NCBI GenBank assembly: GCA_017466725.1
Contig: JAFTTP010000002.1
Span: forward strand, 67,492 to 131,491
Direction: 5' to 3'
DNA: 64,000 nucleotides
Source of the DNA: Clostridia bacterium
GTDB taxonomy: Bacteria > Bacillota > Clostridia > Christensenellales > UBA1242
Made by a program: the position numbers and the translations under genes. Below the pieces are notes generated by a model. The model was not told the origin of the DNA. It was given only the letters and a program-made list of their open reading frames with translations, and did no database searches. Positions within the stretch are counted from its first letter, which is position 1; each line of letters begins with the position of its first letter. Of the stretch, positions 10,098 to 19,585 are shown piece after piece.

Positions 10098-11284
10098 AAA
10101 GAACCTTAAGCATACTACTGCTGCCAATATTGTTCATCGCCATACTCTCAACCGCAAATCAAACAAACTTTTTTGCCTATGCTGCAGAAGATGTTGTTGA
10201 AGATGAACTTGAAGATGAAGTATTTTCTCAGCTTGACGACTTAGATTTTTCTGACTTAGATAAAATTTTAGAAGATTTTACGTGTAATCAGTCATCTATA
10301 TTCGGGGGAAGTAGTTTTCTTGACAAGTTGAAACAACTTCTTCACGGCGAATTTGAGGGTGGACAAGGCGTAATAGAGAGTATAATCAAAATAGTTTTTG
10401 ATAGTTTTCTAAATCTTTTACCGACGCTTTCAATCATAATCGCAATTTCATTGGTGGGAAACTTAATTCAAGGTATAAAACCAACGAGCAACGGCAAATC
10501 TCTGTCAAATATCATCCATTTTGTTATATATGGCGTTGTCGTGGTGCTTGTACTATCAATTATAGTCAAAATGATAGCACTTGCTACAGCCACTTTAACA
10601 TCTCTTCAGGGACAAATGAACGCCATCTTCCCAGTTTTACTTACATTGCTTACTGCAGTAGGTGGAACAAGTTCGGTAAGCGTATATCAACCCGCAATGG
10701 CTCTGCTTTCAAATGGTATACTCAACCTTTTCACATATGTTCTGCTTCCAGTTTTCATATTCTCTGTAGTATTTTCTGTCATTTCAAACCTATCAAACAC
10801 TGTAAAGTTGGATAAATTTTCAAGTTTTTGCAATAGCACTTTTAAATGGGTTATAGGCTTTGTATTTACAGTGTTTACTGCATTTCTATCGCTGCAAGGC
10901 ATAACTGCAGGCTCGTTTGATGGAATTTCAATTCGCACAGCAAAATATGCAATCCGTTCTTACGTGCCAATGCTAGGCGGATATTTAAGTGATGGCATGG
11001 GGCTGATTTTAGCCTCATCAAATTTGATAAAAAACGCTGTTGGTGCGGCAGGATTATTCATGATGCTCGCCTCAATTTTATCACCACTTATTGAAATGAT
11101 ACTCTTTATGTTGGCGCTTAAAATGATTGCAGGCATCATAGAGCCTTTAGGTAACAAACAAATTGCCAATTTTATTTCATCTTTATCAAAATGTATGGTG
11201 CTTTTAATTGTAATTTTAATTGGTGTCGCCTTTGTTTATTTCATTTTAATGGGGCTTGTTATATGCAGCGCAAATGTTGTTTAA
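10094..11284 (+). CDS. spoIIIAE: Stage III sporulation protein AE
   Basis: 396-aa protein with a signal peptide, an acidic region and multiple TMs. Size and position match spoIIIAE. Confidence 0.82.
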   Translation: MKRTLSILLLPILFIAILSTANQTNFFAYAAEDVVEDELEDEVFSQLDDLDFSDLDKILEDFTCNQSSIFGGSSFLDKLKQLLHGEFEGGQGVIESIIKIVFDSFLNLLPTLSIIIAISLVGNLIQGIKPTSNGKSLSNIIHFVIYGVVVVLVLSIIVKMIALATATLTSLQGQMNAIFPVLLTLLTAVGGTSSVSVYQPAMALLSNGILNLFTYVLLPVFIFSVVFSVISNLSNTVKLDKFSSFCNSTFKWVIGFVFTVFTAFLSLQGITAGSFDGISIRTAKYAIRSYVPMLGGYLSDGMGLILASSNLIKNAVGAAGLFMMLASILSPLIEMILFMLALKMIAGIIEPLGNKQIANFISSLSKCMVLLIVILIGVAFVYFILMGLVICSANVV

Positions 11285-11294
11285 AGGAGGGGGC

Positions 11295-11795
11295 GTGTCG
11301 GCTGTTTCATCATGGATACTATCAATTGCTGGTGTAGTGTGCCTATCTGTACTGATTGAACTTGTTTTACCAGATGGTCAAATGAATAGGTATATAAAAG
11401 GGACTTTTTCCTTTGTAATCGTATTAGTCATCATCTCGCCAATACCAAAACTTTTAAACAGTAATTATGATGTTTCAAAACTATTCAACTACGACGAAAC
11501 CTATATGCTTGATGAAAATTATTTATATCAATTAAACCTTAATAAACTAAATAAATTGCAAGAAGACGTTACCGCTGAGGCATATTCAAACGGATATAAA
11601 AATGTAAAAGTATACATTGATGCAGACATCTTTGACAGCCACTTAAACATTTCGTCTGTTTATGTCGATTTATCTGAATTAGTCATAAGCCAAAATGCTG
11701 AGCATAGAGATATAACGAAGATAAAACAACATATTACAAATTTGGTACAACAATTTATCGAAATTGATGAGGAGAAGATTTCATATGGCAATTAA
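11295..11795 (+). CDS. spoIIIAF: Stage III sporulation protein AF
   Basis: ORF 11256..11795. A GTG at 11295 after AAGGAGGGGG is the likely start. Two N-terminal TMs. Confidence 0.75.
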   Translation: MSAVSSWILSIAGVVCLSVLIELVLPDGQMNRYIKGTFSFVIVLVIISPIPKLLNSNYDVSKLFNYDETYMLDENYLYQLNLNKLNKLQEDVTAEAYSNGYKNVKVYIDADIFDSHLNISSVYVDLSELVISQNAEHRDITKIKQHITNLVQQFIEIDEEKISYGN

Positions 11796-12318
11796 TTTCA
11801 AAGAAAAATTTAAAATTTTATATGAAAAAATTAAAAAGATAAAGTATTTCTATCTGTATTTGGCAATAGGGATTGGCATAATTTTAGTCGGAATTTATTT
11901 GACTTGCATCCCAAAAGCAAAGGGCGATGGTTTAAACAAAAACATCGACAAAAATCTCACAGAAATTTCTTCTTCAGCGGAATACGTAGAATATTTAGAG
12001 AATAAACTTGAAAGTGTAATAGGTGCTTTAAACGGTGTAAACAGCGTTGAAGTTGCCATCACTCTGGAAAAAGGGTTTGAATATGTCTATCAAACTGAAA
12101 CCGAAACGCGTACATCTTCTGGTGGGACAAGCATAACAACCACAACAGTTGTATATGTTGATGGACAACCAGTAATTGTTGAAGAAATCTTTCCTACAGT
12201 TAAAGGCGTTGCGGTTGTAGCGCAAGGGCTAAACGATGTCTCTGTGCGGCTCAACATCATCAGCCTTATTCAAACTATGGTAGATGTAGATACTTCGCAG
12301 ATAAAAGTTATGGAATAA
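11785..12318 (+). CDS. spoIIIAG: Stage III sporulation protein AG
   Basis: ORF 11764..12318, with an ATG at 11785 after GAGGAG. One TM plus a soluble ring-building-motif-like domain. Confidence 0.75.
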   Translation: MAINFKEKFKILYEKIKKIKYFYLYLAIGIGIILVGIYLTCIPKAKGDGLNKNIDKNLTEISSSAEYVEYLENKLESVIGALNGVNSVEVAITLEKGFEYVYQTETETRTSSGGTSITTTTVVYVDGQPVIVEEIFPTVKGVAVVAQGLNDVSVRLNIISLIQTMVDVDTSQIKVME

Positions 12319-12334
12319 ATAAAAGGGGTGTAAA

Positions 12335-12808
12335 ATGAAAAAAAGAACAAAAATGATTATTATCACAGCTATGGTGTTGCTGTTGGGGGTTACTGGCTAT
12401 CTTAACATCATGCTTAACAACTCTGTATCAGATGGCAACATCAATGCAACCACAACAACTGCCAGCTATTTCTCTACGTATCGCTCAACTAGAGAATCTA
12501 CTCGCGACCAAGAGCTGCTTTACTATGATGCAATCATCTCAAACGAGGCTTCAACCGCTGACGCCATTGCCAACGCAGAAAGTTTAAAATTGTCACTTAT
12601 TGCGCAAATGGAACACGAACTAGTTATTGAAGGGCTTATTAAAGCAAAGGGTTTTGAAGACTGTATTGTTTCAATTCTTGATGAAAATGTAAACGCAGTT
12701 GTTAAGGCAAAAGAGCTTACTTCAAGTGAAGTTGCACAAATTTTGTCAGTAATTCAATCACAATTAAACACAAGTTTAGAAAATGTTACAATTATTCCGG
12801 TAGAATAA
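12335..12808 (+). CDS. spoIIIAH: Stage III sporulation protein AH
   Basis: 157 aa with an N-terminal TM. Last gene of the cluster. Confidence 0.75.
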   Translation: MKKRTKMIIITAMVLLLGVTGYLNIMLNNSVSDGNINATTTTASYFSTYRSTRESTRDQELLYYDAIISNEASTADAIANAESLKLSLIAQMEHELVIEGLIKAKGFEDCIVSILDENVNAVVKAKELTSSEVAQILSVIQSQLNTSLENVTIIPVE

Positions 12809-12838
12809 TTGCAAAATTAAAATGTTTTATGCTATAAT
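12809..12838 (+). promoter_or_regulatory. Candidate sigma-A promoter (extended -10) for asp23-nusB-xseAB
   Basis: TTGCAA (12809-12814), 18 nt, TGcTATAAT (-10 at 12833-12838). Confidence 0.55.
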
Positions 12839-12859
12839 ACTAAAGAATAGGAGAAAAAG

Positions 12860-13219
12860 ATGACAAAAACAACCTTACAGAAAAAAGGAAAAGTTGAAAT
12901 TGACAGAGATATTCTCTTGTCAATCATCAATCTTGCAGCAAAAGAAATTAACGGGGTGGAATCACTTACGAATGAAGAACTTCCTTTGCTTAGAAGAATG
13001 TCTAAGAAAAAGAGTGAAGGAGTGGTAATTAAATTTGATGTAAACGGCACACTTAATGTAGATGTTTACATCAGGGTTTACATTGGTTACAGCGTACCTG
13101 ATATTGCTTACAGAGTTCAAGAGAATATTAAAAATTCACTCAACTCTATGGTGGGCATTAAACCTGGAAAAATAAACGTTCACGTCTGTGGAGTTGCGGT
13201 TGACGAGGAAATCAAATGA
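12860..13219 (+). CDS. Asp23/Gls24 family envelope stress protein
   Basis: 119 aa with DILLSIINLAAKEINGVESL, typical of Asp23 family. Lies upstream of nusB, as in many Firmicutes. Confidence 0.8.
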   Translation: MTKTTLQKKGKVEIDRDILLSIINLAAKEINGVESLTNEELPLLRRMSKKKSEGVVIKFDVNGTLNVDVYIRVYIGYSVPDIAYRVQENIKNSLNSMVGIKPGKINVHVCGVAVDEEIK

Positions 13220-13599
13220 GAACTGCTGCACGTGAACTTGCTTTTAAACTGATTTTTGAAAGACTTTTCGTTAAAGAAAACTATACCTTTGACGAAGAGT
13301 TTTTTGCAGTTTTAGAAAAAGAAGAAGACAAAACCTTTGCCAAAGACCTTGTAGTAAATTTTGAACAAAACAGGGCAAGCATAGAAGAAACTGTCAAGGA
13401 AAAACTTATTGGCTATTCACTTGATCGAGTATATAAGGTTGACCTTGCACTTATTTATTTGGCAGTAACTGAAATCAAACACCTTAACACTCCACATCAA
13501 ATTGTCATCAATGAAGTGGTAGAGCTTTCAAAACAATTCTCAACCGAAAAAAGCAGTCGTTTTGTAAACGGCGTGTTATCTGCCATTGTAAAAGGTTAA
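13216..13599 (+). CDS. nusB: Transcription antitermination factor NusB
   Basis: 127 aa starting RTAARELAFKLIFE and ending FVNGVLSAI. Confidence 0.9.
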   Translation: MRTAARELAFKLIFERLFVKENYTFDEEFFAVLEKEEDKTFAKDLVVNFEQNRASIEETVKEKLIGYSLDRVYKVDLALIYLAVTEIKHLNTPHQIVINEVVELSKQFSTEKSSRFVNGVLSAIVKG

Positions 13600-13600
13600 A

Positions 13601-14776
13601 ATGACTGAAGCGATTACAGTTTCAAAACTAAATACATACATTAAACAAATATTTGACGCTGAAGAGCTCCTGCACAATATACCCGTTGTAGGAGAGGTTT
13701 TTGGTGTAAGCTTTTCTAGAAATGTAATATATTTTTCTTTAAAAGATGAAGACGCTACATTGCCTTGCGTCTGTTTTTATCCTGCGCTGGCAGCCGAAAT
13801 AAAAGAAGGCGACAAAATTGTTGTTGTGGGCAGCCCAAACTTTTATGTTAAGGGCGGAAAACTAAACTTCAACGTTGTAAGAGTAGAAAAAGTGGGGCAA
13901 GGCAGACTATATGAAGAATTTATTAAACTTAAGCAAAAACTTGAAAGTGAAGGGCTTTTTGATGCTGCACATAAAAAGACTATACCAAACAATATTAAAC
14001 GGATTGGTGTAATAACTTCAAGAGAGGGGGCTGTTATACAAGATATTAAAAACGTTGCTTGGCGTAGAAATCCTACAGTTGACATCGTTTTATTTAATAC
14101 TAAGGTGCAAGGCAATTTAGCTGAAAATGAAATCGCGCACGCAATTGAAGTAATGGGCTCTTATGATGGTATTGATGTAATAGTTGTTGCAAGAGGGGGA
14201 GGCTCGCTAGAAGATTTGTGGGCGTACAACACTGAAATAGTCGCACGTGCAACATATAACTGTCCAAAACCAATTGTGTCGGCAGTAGGTCACGAAACAG
14301 ACTTTACCATCATTGACTTTGTCAGTGACATGCGCGCACCAACTCCATCTGCAGCAGCAGAATTATTAACTTTCAACTCTGAAGATAAACGTTCAGACTT
14401 GCGCACACAAATTAATAGACTTTTAACCGCAGGCGGAAGTTATCTTGCAGATAAATACAACAAAATTGACAACTGCTCAATTGTTTTAAACGGCCTTATT
14501 GACAAAGCTGTTTCAACACAGTCGCATATCGTTAACAATCATAAAAATGCATTAATCAATGCGTTTGAAGGCTTTATCAATCAAAAATCGTATGAAATTG
14601 GTTTGTTTGAAAATACACTTTTAAAAACAAATCCTTTAAATATACTAGATAAAGGCTATGCGAAGATTGAACAGGCTGGCAAATCAATAGGTTTTAAGAA
14701 AGACTTAAATCACTCGCAACCAATTAATATAATCTTCAAAGATGGGCAAGTTAAAGCCGAACTAAAAGGAGAATAA
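13601..14776 (+). CDS. xseA: Exodeoxyribonuclease VII large subunit
   Basis: 391 aa with an N-terminal OB fold and the VARGGGSLEDLW motif. Confidence 0.93.
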   Translation: MTEAITVSKLNTYIKQIFDAEELLHNIPVVGEVFGVSFSRNVIYFSLKDEDATLPCVCFYPALAAEIKEGDKIVVVGSPNFYVKGGKLNFNVVRVEKVGQGRLYEEFIKLKQKLESEGLFDAAHKKTIPNNIKRIGVITSREGAVIQDIKNVAWRRNPTVDIVLFNTKVQGNLAENEIAHAIEVMGSYDGIDVIVVARGGGSLEDLWAYNTEIVARATYNCPKPIVSAVGHETDFTIIDFVSDMRAPTPSAAAELLTFNSEDKRSDLRTQINRLLTAGGSYLADKYNKIDNCSIVLNGLIDKAVSTQSHIVNNHKNALINAFEGFINQKSYEIGLFENTLLKTNPLNILDKGYAKIEQAGKSIGFKKDLNHSQPINIIFKDGQVKAELKGE

Positions 14777-14986
14777 ATGGAAAATAGATTATCATATGAA
14801 GATGCAAGCAAACAATTACAAGAAATTATAACAAAAATCGAAAACGCATCACTGCCTCTGGACGAGGCTATTAAATTGTTCGAACGCGGGCAAGAACTTA
14901 TCAAAACGTGTTACTCTCATTTGGATGGGGCAAAAGGCAAGCTTACTGAGATAAAAGCTGGTTTAGATAAAATCGAAGAAGTTTAA
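14777..14986 (+). CDS. xseB: Exodeoxyribonuclease VII small subunit
   Basis: 69 aa. Directly follows xseA and carries LPLDEAIKLFERG. Confidence 0.9.
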   Translation: MENRLSYEDASKQLQEIITKIENASLPLDEAIKLFERGQELIKTCYSHLDGAKGKLTEIKAGLDKIEEV

Positions 14987-15022
14987 TCATAATAGTCAAA
15001 AACAATAACATATATTATATAT

Positions 15023-15619
15023 GTGAAACGATATAGCAAAACGACTATAGCAAATTATAAGGGCGGAAAGAAATATAAATGGGCATTTAATATGCTCTTT
15101 ATTTCAATAACATTGTCGCTCTGTTTTGGCTTTATCAGCCAAGCAATTCTCTCAAAGATGGGAATTATTATAGCGACTATTTTAATTTGTTTGTTCATTT
15201 TTCTGTCTGTCTTGTTTGATATGCTTGGCGTTGCCGCTGTATCAGCTGAAATCGAATACTTTGAGAAAATGACTGCATTACATTTAAAAGGCGCAACTGT
15301 GGGGCATCAACTATGCTTACACTGTGAAAAGGTCTGCTCCTTTTGTGGTGATGTTGTAGGGGATATATGCAGCACTCTTTGTGGCGCAAGTGGAGCATGT
15401 ATTGTTGTAGCTATTTCAAAACAACTGGCATCAAGCGGAGCAGTTTTACTTATTTCAATCACAGTTTCTGCCATCATTGCTGGCTTAACAATTTTTTTTA
15501 AAGCATTAATGAAAGAATACGCATTAAAAAACTCTAACAAAATCATATTGCGACTTGGGTTACTGCTTGAAAAAACAATATTTCGAGAAAAAAGTAAAAA
15601 AAATAGTAAAAATAGTTGA
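15023..15619 (+). CDS. Cys-rich polytopic membrane protein (possibly DUF21/CNNM-TM-like)
   Basis: 198 aa with a GTG start and about 4 TMs. Eight Cys lie within CLHCEKVCSFCGDVVGDICSTLCGASGAC. Resemblance to the DUF21 N-terminal region is weak. Confidence 0.4.
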   Translation: MKRYSKTTIANYKGGKKYKWAFNMLFISITLSLCFGFISQAILSKMGIIIATILICLFIFLSVLFDMLGVAAVSAEIEYFEKMTALHLKGATVGHQLCLHCEKVCSFCGDVVGDICSTLCGASGACIVVAISKQLASSGAVLLISITVSAIIAGLTIFFKALMKEYALKNSNKIILRLGLLLEKTIFREKSKKNSKNS

Positions 15620-15644
15620 CAAACTAATTAGATTGTGATATTAT
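15616..15644 (+). promoter_or_regulatory. Candidate sigma-A promoter for infC operon
   Basis: TTGACA (15616-15621), 17 nt, TGaTATTAT (-10 at 15639-15644). Confidence 0.6.
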
Positions 15645-15650
15645 ATCAAC

Positions 15651-15775
15651 GTATGAAAGCAGAAGTTCCACTTCTCACCAGTCAACAAATGGGTTAGACT
15701 TGGTTTAAAAACTTAATTATTTTATTGATAATGGTTTTTTTGGTGGAGTTTTATGCTTCCACCAAATTTTTATTT
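15651..15775 (+). promoter_or_regulatory. L20-leader-like transcription attenuator upstream of infC-rpmI-rplT
   Basis: About 125-nt leader. It ends in a TTGGTGGA-N10-TCCACCAA hairpin (15740-15765) followed by ATTTTTATTT. Position matches the Firmicute L20 autoregulatory leader. Confidence 0.5.
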
Positions 15776-15789
15776 AAAAGGGGATTATA

Positions 15790-16308
15790 ATTATTTTTAA
15801 GGAACTTTTAATAAACGAAGAAATTACTGCATCGCAGGTTCGTTTAATCGGTGAAAATGGGGAACAACTTGGAATTGTTTCTAGAAATGAAGCGCTTGCA
15901 AAGGCTGAAGAAGCAGGGTTAGACCTTGTTTTAATGTCAGGTGGGGCTGTGCCTCCAGTTTGCAAAATTTTGGACTATGGCAAATTCAAATATGACGCAC
16001 TTAAGAAAGATAAGGAAATCAAAAAGTCTCAAAAGGTGATTGAAACTAAAGAAATTCAACTTTCAATGACAATTGAAGAGTACGACATTGCTTATCGTGT
16101 TGCCAACGCATCAAAATTCCTTCAAGAAGGAAACAAAGTCAAAGTTACTTTAAAAATGAGAGGTCGTGAACAAGCTTATGTTAAAAAGGCAATTGAAATT
16201 GTCAATGATTTCTGTGCCAGACTTAGCGAGGTTGGAATGACCGAAAAACAACCAGAACACATGGGAAGAAACATTTTTGTAATTATAAGCCCAAAGAAAA
16301 CAAAATAA
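15790..16308 (+). CDS. infC: Translation initiation factor IF-3 (non-AUG ATT/ATA start)
   Basis: The IF-3 sequence (LINEEITASQVRLIGENGEQLGIVS...) starts upstream of the track ORF 15934..16308. The frame opens after TAA at 15775-15777. AAAGGGG SD, then ATT/ATA codons at 15784-15795. Confidence 0.9.
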   Translation: MIFKELLINEEITASQVRLIGENGEQLGIVSRNEALAKAEEAGLDLVLMSGGAVPPVCKILDYGKFKYDALKKDKEIKKSQKVIETKEIQLSMTIEEYDIAYRVANASKFLQEGNKVKVTLKMRGREQAYVKKAIEIVNDFCARLSEVGMTEKQPEHMGRNIFVIISPKKTK

Positions 16309-16320
16309 AGGAGAAACATT

Positions 16321-16515
16321 ATGCCAAAACAAAAAACACACAGCGGATGCAAAAAACGTTTCCGCATTACAGGAAGTGGTCAAGTTAAGTTTGCAAGACC
16401 AGGAAAAGGACACTTCCTTACAAAGAAATCAAAAGCAAACAAAAGAAAACTTAGAAAGGGTTCATACATTGCAGGAAAGAATGCACAAAATATTAAGACC
16501 CTTTTGGCTAAATAG
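16321..16515 (+). CDS. rpmI: 50S ribosomal protein L35
   Basis: Starts [20 protein letters not shown]; 64 aa. Confidence 0.97.
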   Translation: MPKQKTHSGCKKRFRITGSGQVKFARPGKGHFLTKKSKANKRKLRKGSYIAGKNAQNIKTLLAK

Positions 16516-16526
16516 GAGGACAACTT

Positions 16527-16868
16527 ATGAGAATTAAGAGAGCAGTTAATGCAGTTAAAAAGCGTCGTTCAATCCTTAAGAGTGCGAAGGGTTACAGAGG
16601 TGCTAAATCTAAGCTTTACAGAACAGCTAGAGAACAAGTAATGAAAAGTGGACAATATGCTTATATTGGACGTAAACAAAAGAAGAGAGACTTCAGAGCT
16701 CTTTGGATTACAAGAATCAATGCTGCTTGCAGACAAAACGGAATTTCTTACTCTAAATTCATCGCTGGACTTAAAGCTAAGGGAATTGACCTTAACAGAA
16801 AAGTACTTGCAGATATGGCTGTAAGAGAACCAGAAGCATTTGCTTCACTTGTTGGACAAGTTAAATAA
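16527..16868 (+). CDS. rplT: 50S ribosomal protein L20
   Basis: [14 protein letters not shown]...[22 protein letters not shown]. Confidence 0.97.
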   Translation: MRIKRAVNAVKKRRSILKSAKGYRGAKSKLYRTAREQVMKSGQYAYIGRKQKKRDFRALWITRINAACRQNGISYSKFIAGLKAKGIDLNRKVLADMAVREPEAFASLVGQVK

Positions 16869-17599
16869 TGCTACGCGCAGACAACAATCTTATTAAAACC
16901 TTAAAAAAGCAAAAACGTGAAAACGATTCTTTGCTTTTTTTAGATAATTTTAAGATTATAAAAGACGCACTAAACGCAGGGTTAAAAGCAAAGTATATCT
17001 TCCTCACAAGAGAAGAAGATAATATTTTTGGTGAAATAGATTGCCTAATTTATAAGGTAGACCATTCTATAATCGAGCAGCTATCTGAAAGTAAAACACC
17101 ACAGGGGGTAGTTTGTATTGCAGAATACACACCACATATTGTAGAAAAGCCAAACACAAACTTTCTAGTTCTTGATCGACTGCAAGACCCAGGCAATGTC
17201 GGCACGCTTATTCGTACGGCTTGCGCATGTGGGTTTAAATATGTTTTCTTACTTGACAGTGTTAAGCCTACAAATGCTAAACTTGTTAGAAGCACAGTCG
17301 GCACAATTTTTCAGCAAAAAGTTATACCTATTTCAAGCAAAAACTTTATTCAAAAGGCTAAAGAGTGGGATTTAAACCTCTTAGTCGCTGATATGGACGG
17401 GGAAAACATCTTCAACTTTGAAACAAACCAGCAAATAGGGCTGATTGTTGGCAATGAGGGACAAGGTGTAAGTGATGAACTTGTGTCAATTTGCACTAAA
17501 AAAGTGCGTATTCCTATGCAAGAAGGCGTAGAAAGCTTAAACGCTGGGGTTTCAGGCGCAATCATAATGTACCAAATTTCAAAAAACAAGCTTTTATAA
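16868..17599 (+). CDS. TrmH/SpoU family RNA 2'-O-methyltransferase
   Basis: SpoU motifs NEGQGVS and SLNAGVSGAIIMY. The start overlaps the rplT stop (TAATG). Confidence 0.85.
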   Translation: MLRADNNLIKTLKKQKRENDSLLFLDNFKIIKDALNAGLKAKYIFLTREEDNIFGEIDCLIYKVDHSIIEQLSESKTPQGVVCIAEYTPHIVEKPNTNFLVLDRLQDPGNVGTLIRTACACGFKYVFLLDSVKPTNAKLVRSTVGTIFQQKVIPISSKNFIQKAKEWDLNLLVADMDGENIFNFETNQQIGLIVGNEGQGVSDELVSICTKKVRIPMQEGVESLNAGVSGAIIMYQISKNKLL

Positions 17600-17608
17600 C
17601 GCAATTGT

Positions 17609-17638
17609 TTGACAGCGCGTAAACTACAATGATATAAT
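17609..17638 (+). promoter_or_regulatory. Candidate sigma-A promoter for yebC
   Basis: TTGACA (17609-17614), 18 nt, TGaTATAAT (-10 at 17633-17638). Confidence 0.6.
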
Positions 17639-17671
17639 ACAAATAGAAATCAAAAAAAAGGGGAAAAAGAG

Positions 17672-18406
17672 ATGTCAGGACATTCAAAATGGCATAATAT
17701 TCAAGCCAGAAAAGGCAAAAGTGATGCCGCAAGAGGAAAAATCTTCACTAAAATTGGAAGAGAAATTGCTGTTATTGTAAAACAAGGCGGTTCTGATCCA
17801 AATTCAAACCCAAAACTTAAAGATGTTATTGCAAAAGCAAAACAAAACAACATGCCAAACGACACCATTGAAAGAAGTATTAAAAAAGCCGCTGGTGAAA
17901 TGGGTGGCGTAAATTACGAAAGTTGCACTTATGAAGGCTATGGTATGGGCGGAAGCGCTGTTATTGTTGAATGCTTAACAGACAATAAAAACAGAACAGC
18001 AGGTGACGTAAGACATGCATTTGATAAGTTTGGAGGCGCACTTGGTGCAAACGGCTGCGTAAGTTACCTTTTCAATCTTAAAGGTATTGTAGAAGTAGAA
18101 AAAGGCGGAAACTTTGACAGTGACGAACTTATGATGACAGCACTTGACCTTGGCGCAGTTGATATTGTTGAATATGACGACTACTGCGAAGTAATCACTG
18201 AGGCCAATGGCCATACACCAGTTGCAGAAGGGTTAGAAAAAGCAGGTTATACAGTGCTTAACAGTGAAACAACAATGGTTCCAGATAACTACGTTGAACT
18301 AGACGCAGAAAAGGTTGTTAAATTTAACAGAATGATTGAAACACTTGAAGACCTTGATGACGTTCAACAAGTTTATCACAACGTAGAACTTCCAGATGAA
18401 GAATAG
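17672..18406 (+). CDS. yebC: YebC/PmpR family DNA-binding regulator
   Basis: Starts [15 protein letters not shown]; 244 aa. Lies upstream of ruvCAB, as is common. Confidence 0.93.
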   Translation: MSGHSKWHNIQARKGKSDAARGKIFTKIGREIAVIVKQGGSDPNSNPKLKDVIAKAKQNNMPNDTIERSIKKAAGEMGGVNYESCTYEGYGMGGSAVIVECLTDNKNRTAGDVRHAFDKFGGALGANGCVSYLFNLKGIVEVEKGGNFDSDELMMTALDLGAVDIVEYDDYCEVITEANGHTPVAEGLEKAGYTVLNSETTMVPDNYVELDAEKVVKFNRMIETLEDLDDVQQVYHNVELPDEE

Positions 18407-18458
18407 AAATAAAAAATATAGTTTTCATGCTATATTTTTTTAATTATATAGCTTTTGT

Positions 18459-18487
18459 TTGACTAAAATGTTATTATGTTGTAAAAT
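18459..18487 (+). promoter_or_regulatory. Candidate sigma-A promoter placing TSS at ruvC ATG
   Basis: TTGACT (18459-18464), 17 nt, TAAAAT (18482-18487). Only 6 nt (ATACAC) lie before the ATG at 18494, and there is no SD. Confidence 0.5.
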
Positions 18488-18493
18488 ATACAC

Positions 18494-18982
18494 ATGGTAA
18501 TTTTAGGAATAGACCCTGGTTATGGGATTGTAGGATTTGGAATAATTGATACAAGCAAAAGAGATATTTTAGTTGATTATGGCGTGATTACAACGCCAAA
18601 AGAGGACAGCATGCCTGTCCGCCTTGAAACAATTGACGGCAGTTTGAAATATTTGTTTGAAAAGTATAAGCCAGATGTTGTTGCTGTTGAAGAGCTGTTC
18701 TATTTTAAAAATCAAAAAACTGTCATTCAAGTGGCTCAAGCAAGAGGCGTAATCATCCTCGCATGTCAAAAATACTGCGGCAATATATACGAATATACGC
18801 CACTTCAAATAAAGCAAGCATTAACGGGCAATGGTAGGGCAGAAAAGGCGCAAGTTCAATACATGGTCAAAGCAATTTTAGGGCTTAGTTCAATACCAAA
18901 GCCAGACGATGCAGCAGACGCATTAGCGGTTGCAATCTGCCACAGCCAAACCAGCCCAATGTTAAATATAAATAAAGCATAA
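18494..18982 (+). CDS. ruvC: Holliday junction resolvase RuvC
   Basis: Starts ILGIDPGYG; 162 aa. Followed by ruvA and ruvB. Confidence 0.93.
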   Translation: MVILGIDPGYGIVGFGIIDTSKRDILVDYGVITTPKEDSMPVRLETIDGSLKYLFEKYKPDVVAVEELFYFKNQKTVIQVAQARGVIILACQKYCGNIYEYTPLQIKQALTGNGRAEKAQVQYMVKAILGLSSIPKPDDAADALAVAICHSQTSPMLNINKA

Positions 18983-18991
18983 GGAGACAAC

Positions 18992-19585
18992 ATGATTTCA
19001 TTTTTAGTAGGTATTGTAGATGAAAAAAGAGACAACATACTATATCTTGACGTAAATGGTGTAGGCTTTCAATTAAACGTATCAAACAACACACTTGCAT
19101 CTTTACCACTTCAAGGCAGTACATGCAAGGTGCTTACATATATGGCTGTAAGAGAAGACGACATAAGTTTGTACGGCTTTTCAAGCGAAGAAGAACGCAA
19201 TTTATTCTATCAACTTATCAACGTAAGTGGAATTGGGCCTAAAATGGCAATACAAATACTTTCAGGGCTTAATTTATCCGATTTAATTGTTGCTATAATC
19301 AATGCTGATTATAAACTTCTTTCCAAAGTTAAAGGATTAGGCAAAAAGACAGCAGAAAGACTGTGTTTAGAGCTGAAAGACAAGTTATCACCAATTCCAG
19401 GCAGCATGATGCAGACAAGTTTTGACAACAATTTTGATGAAGATGCCGTTCAAATGGCGACAGATACACTTATCAGTCTTGGTATCAATAAAAACGAAGC
19501 TTATATGCTTGCAAGGTCAAACGCAGTAAACGACGCATCTGCAGAAGAAATTATATCTAAAGCATTAAGGGGGTATAAGGGATGA
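18992..19585 (+). CDS. ruvA: Holliday junction branch migration complex subunit RuvA
   Basis: 197 aa with HhH motifs ([21 protein letters not shown]). Confidence 0.94.
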   Translation: MISFLVGIVDEKRDNILYLDVNGVGFQLNVSNNTLASLPLQGSTCKVLTYMAVREDDISLYGFSSEEERNLFYQLINVSGIGPKMAIQILSGLNLSDLIVAIINADYKLLSKVKGLGKKTAERLCLELKDKLSPIPGSMMQTSFDNNFDEDAVQMATDTLISLGINKNEAYMLARSNAVNDASAEEIISKALRGYKG

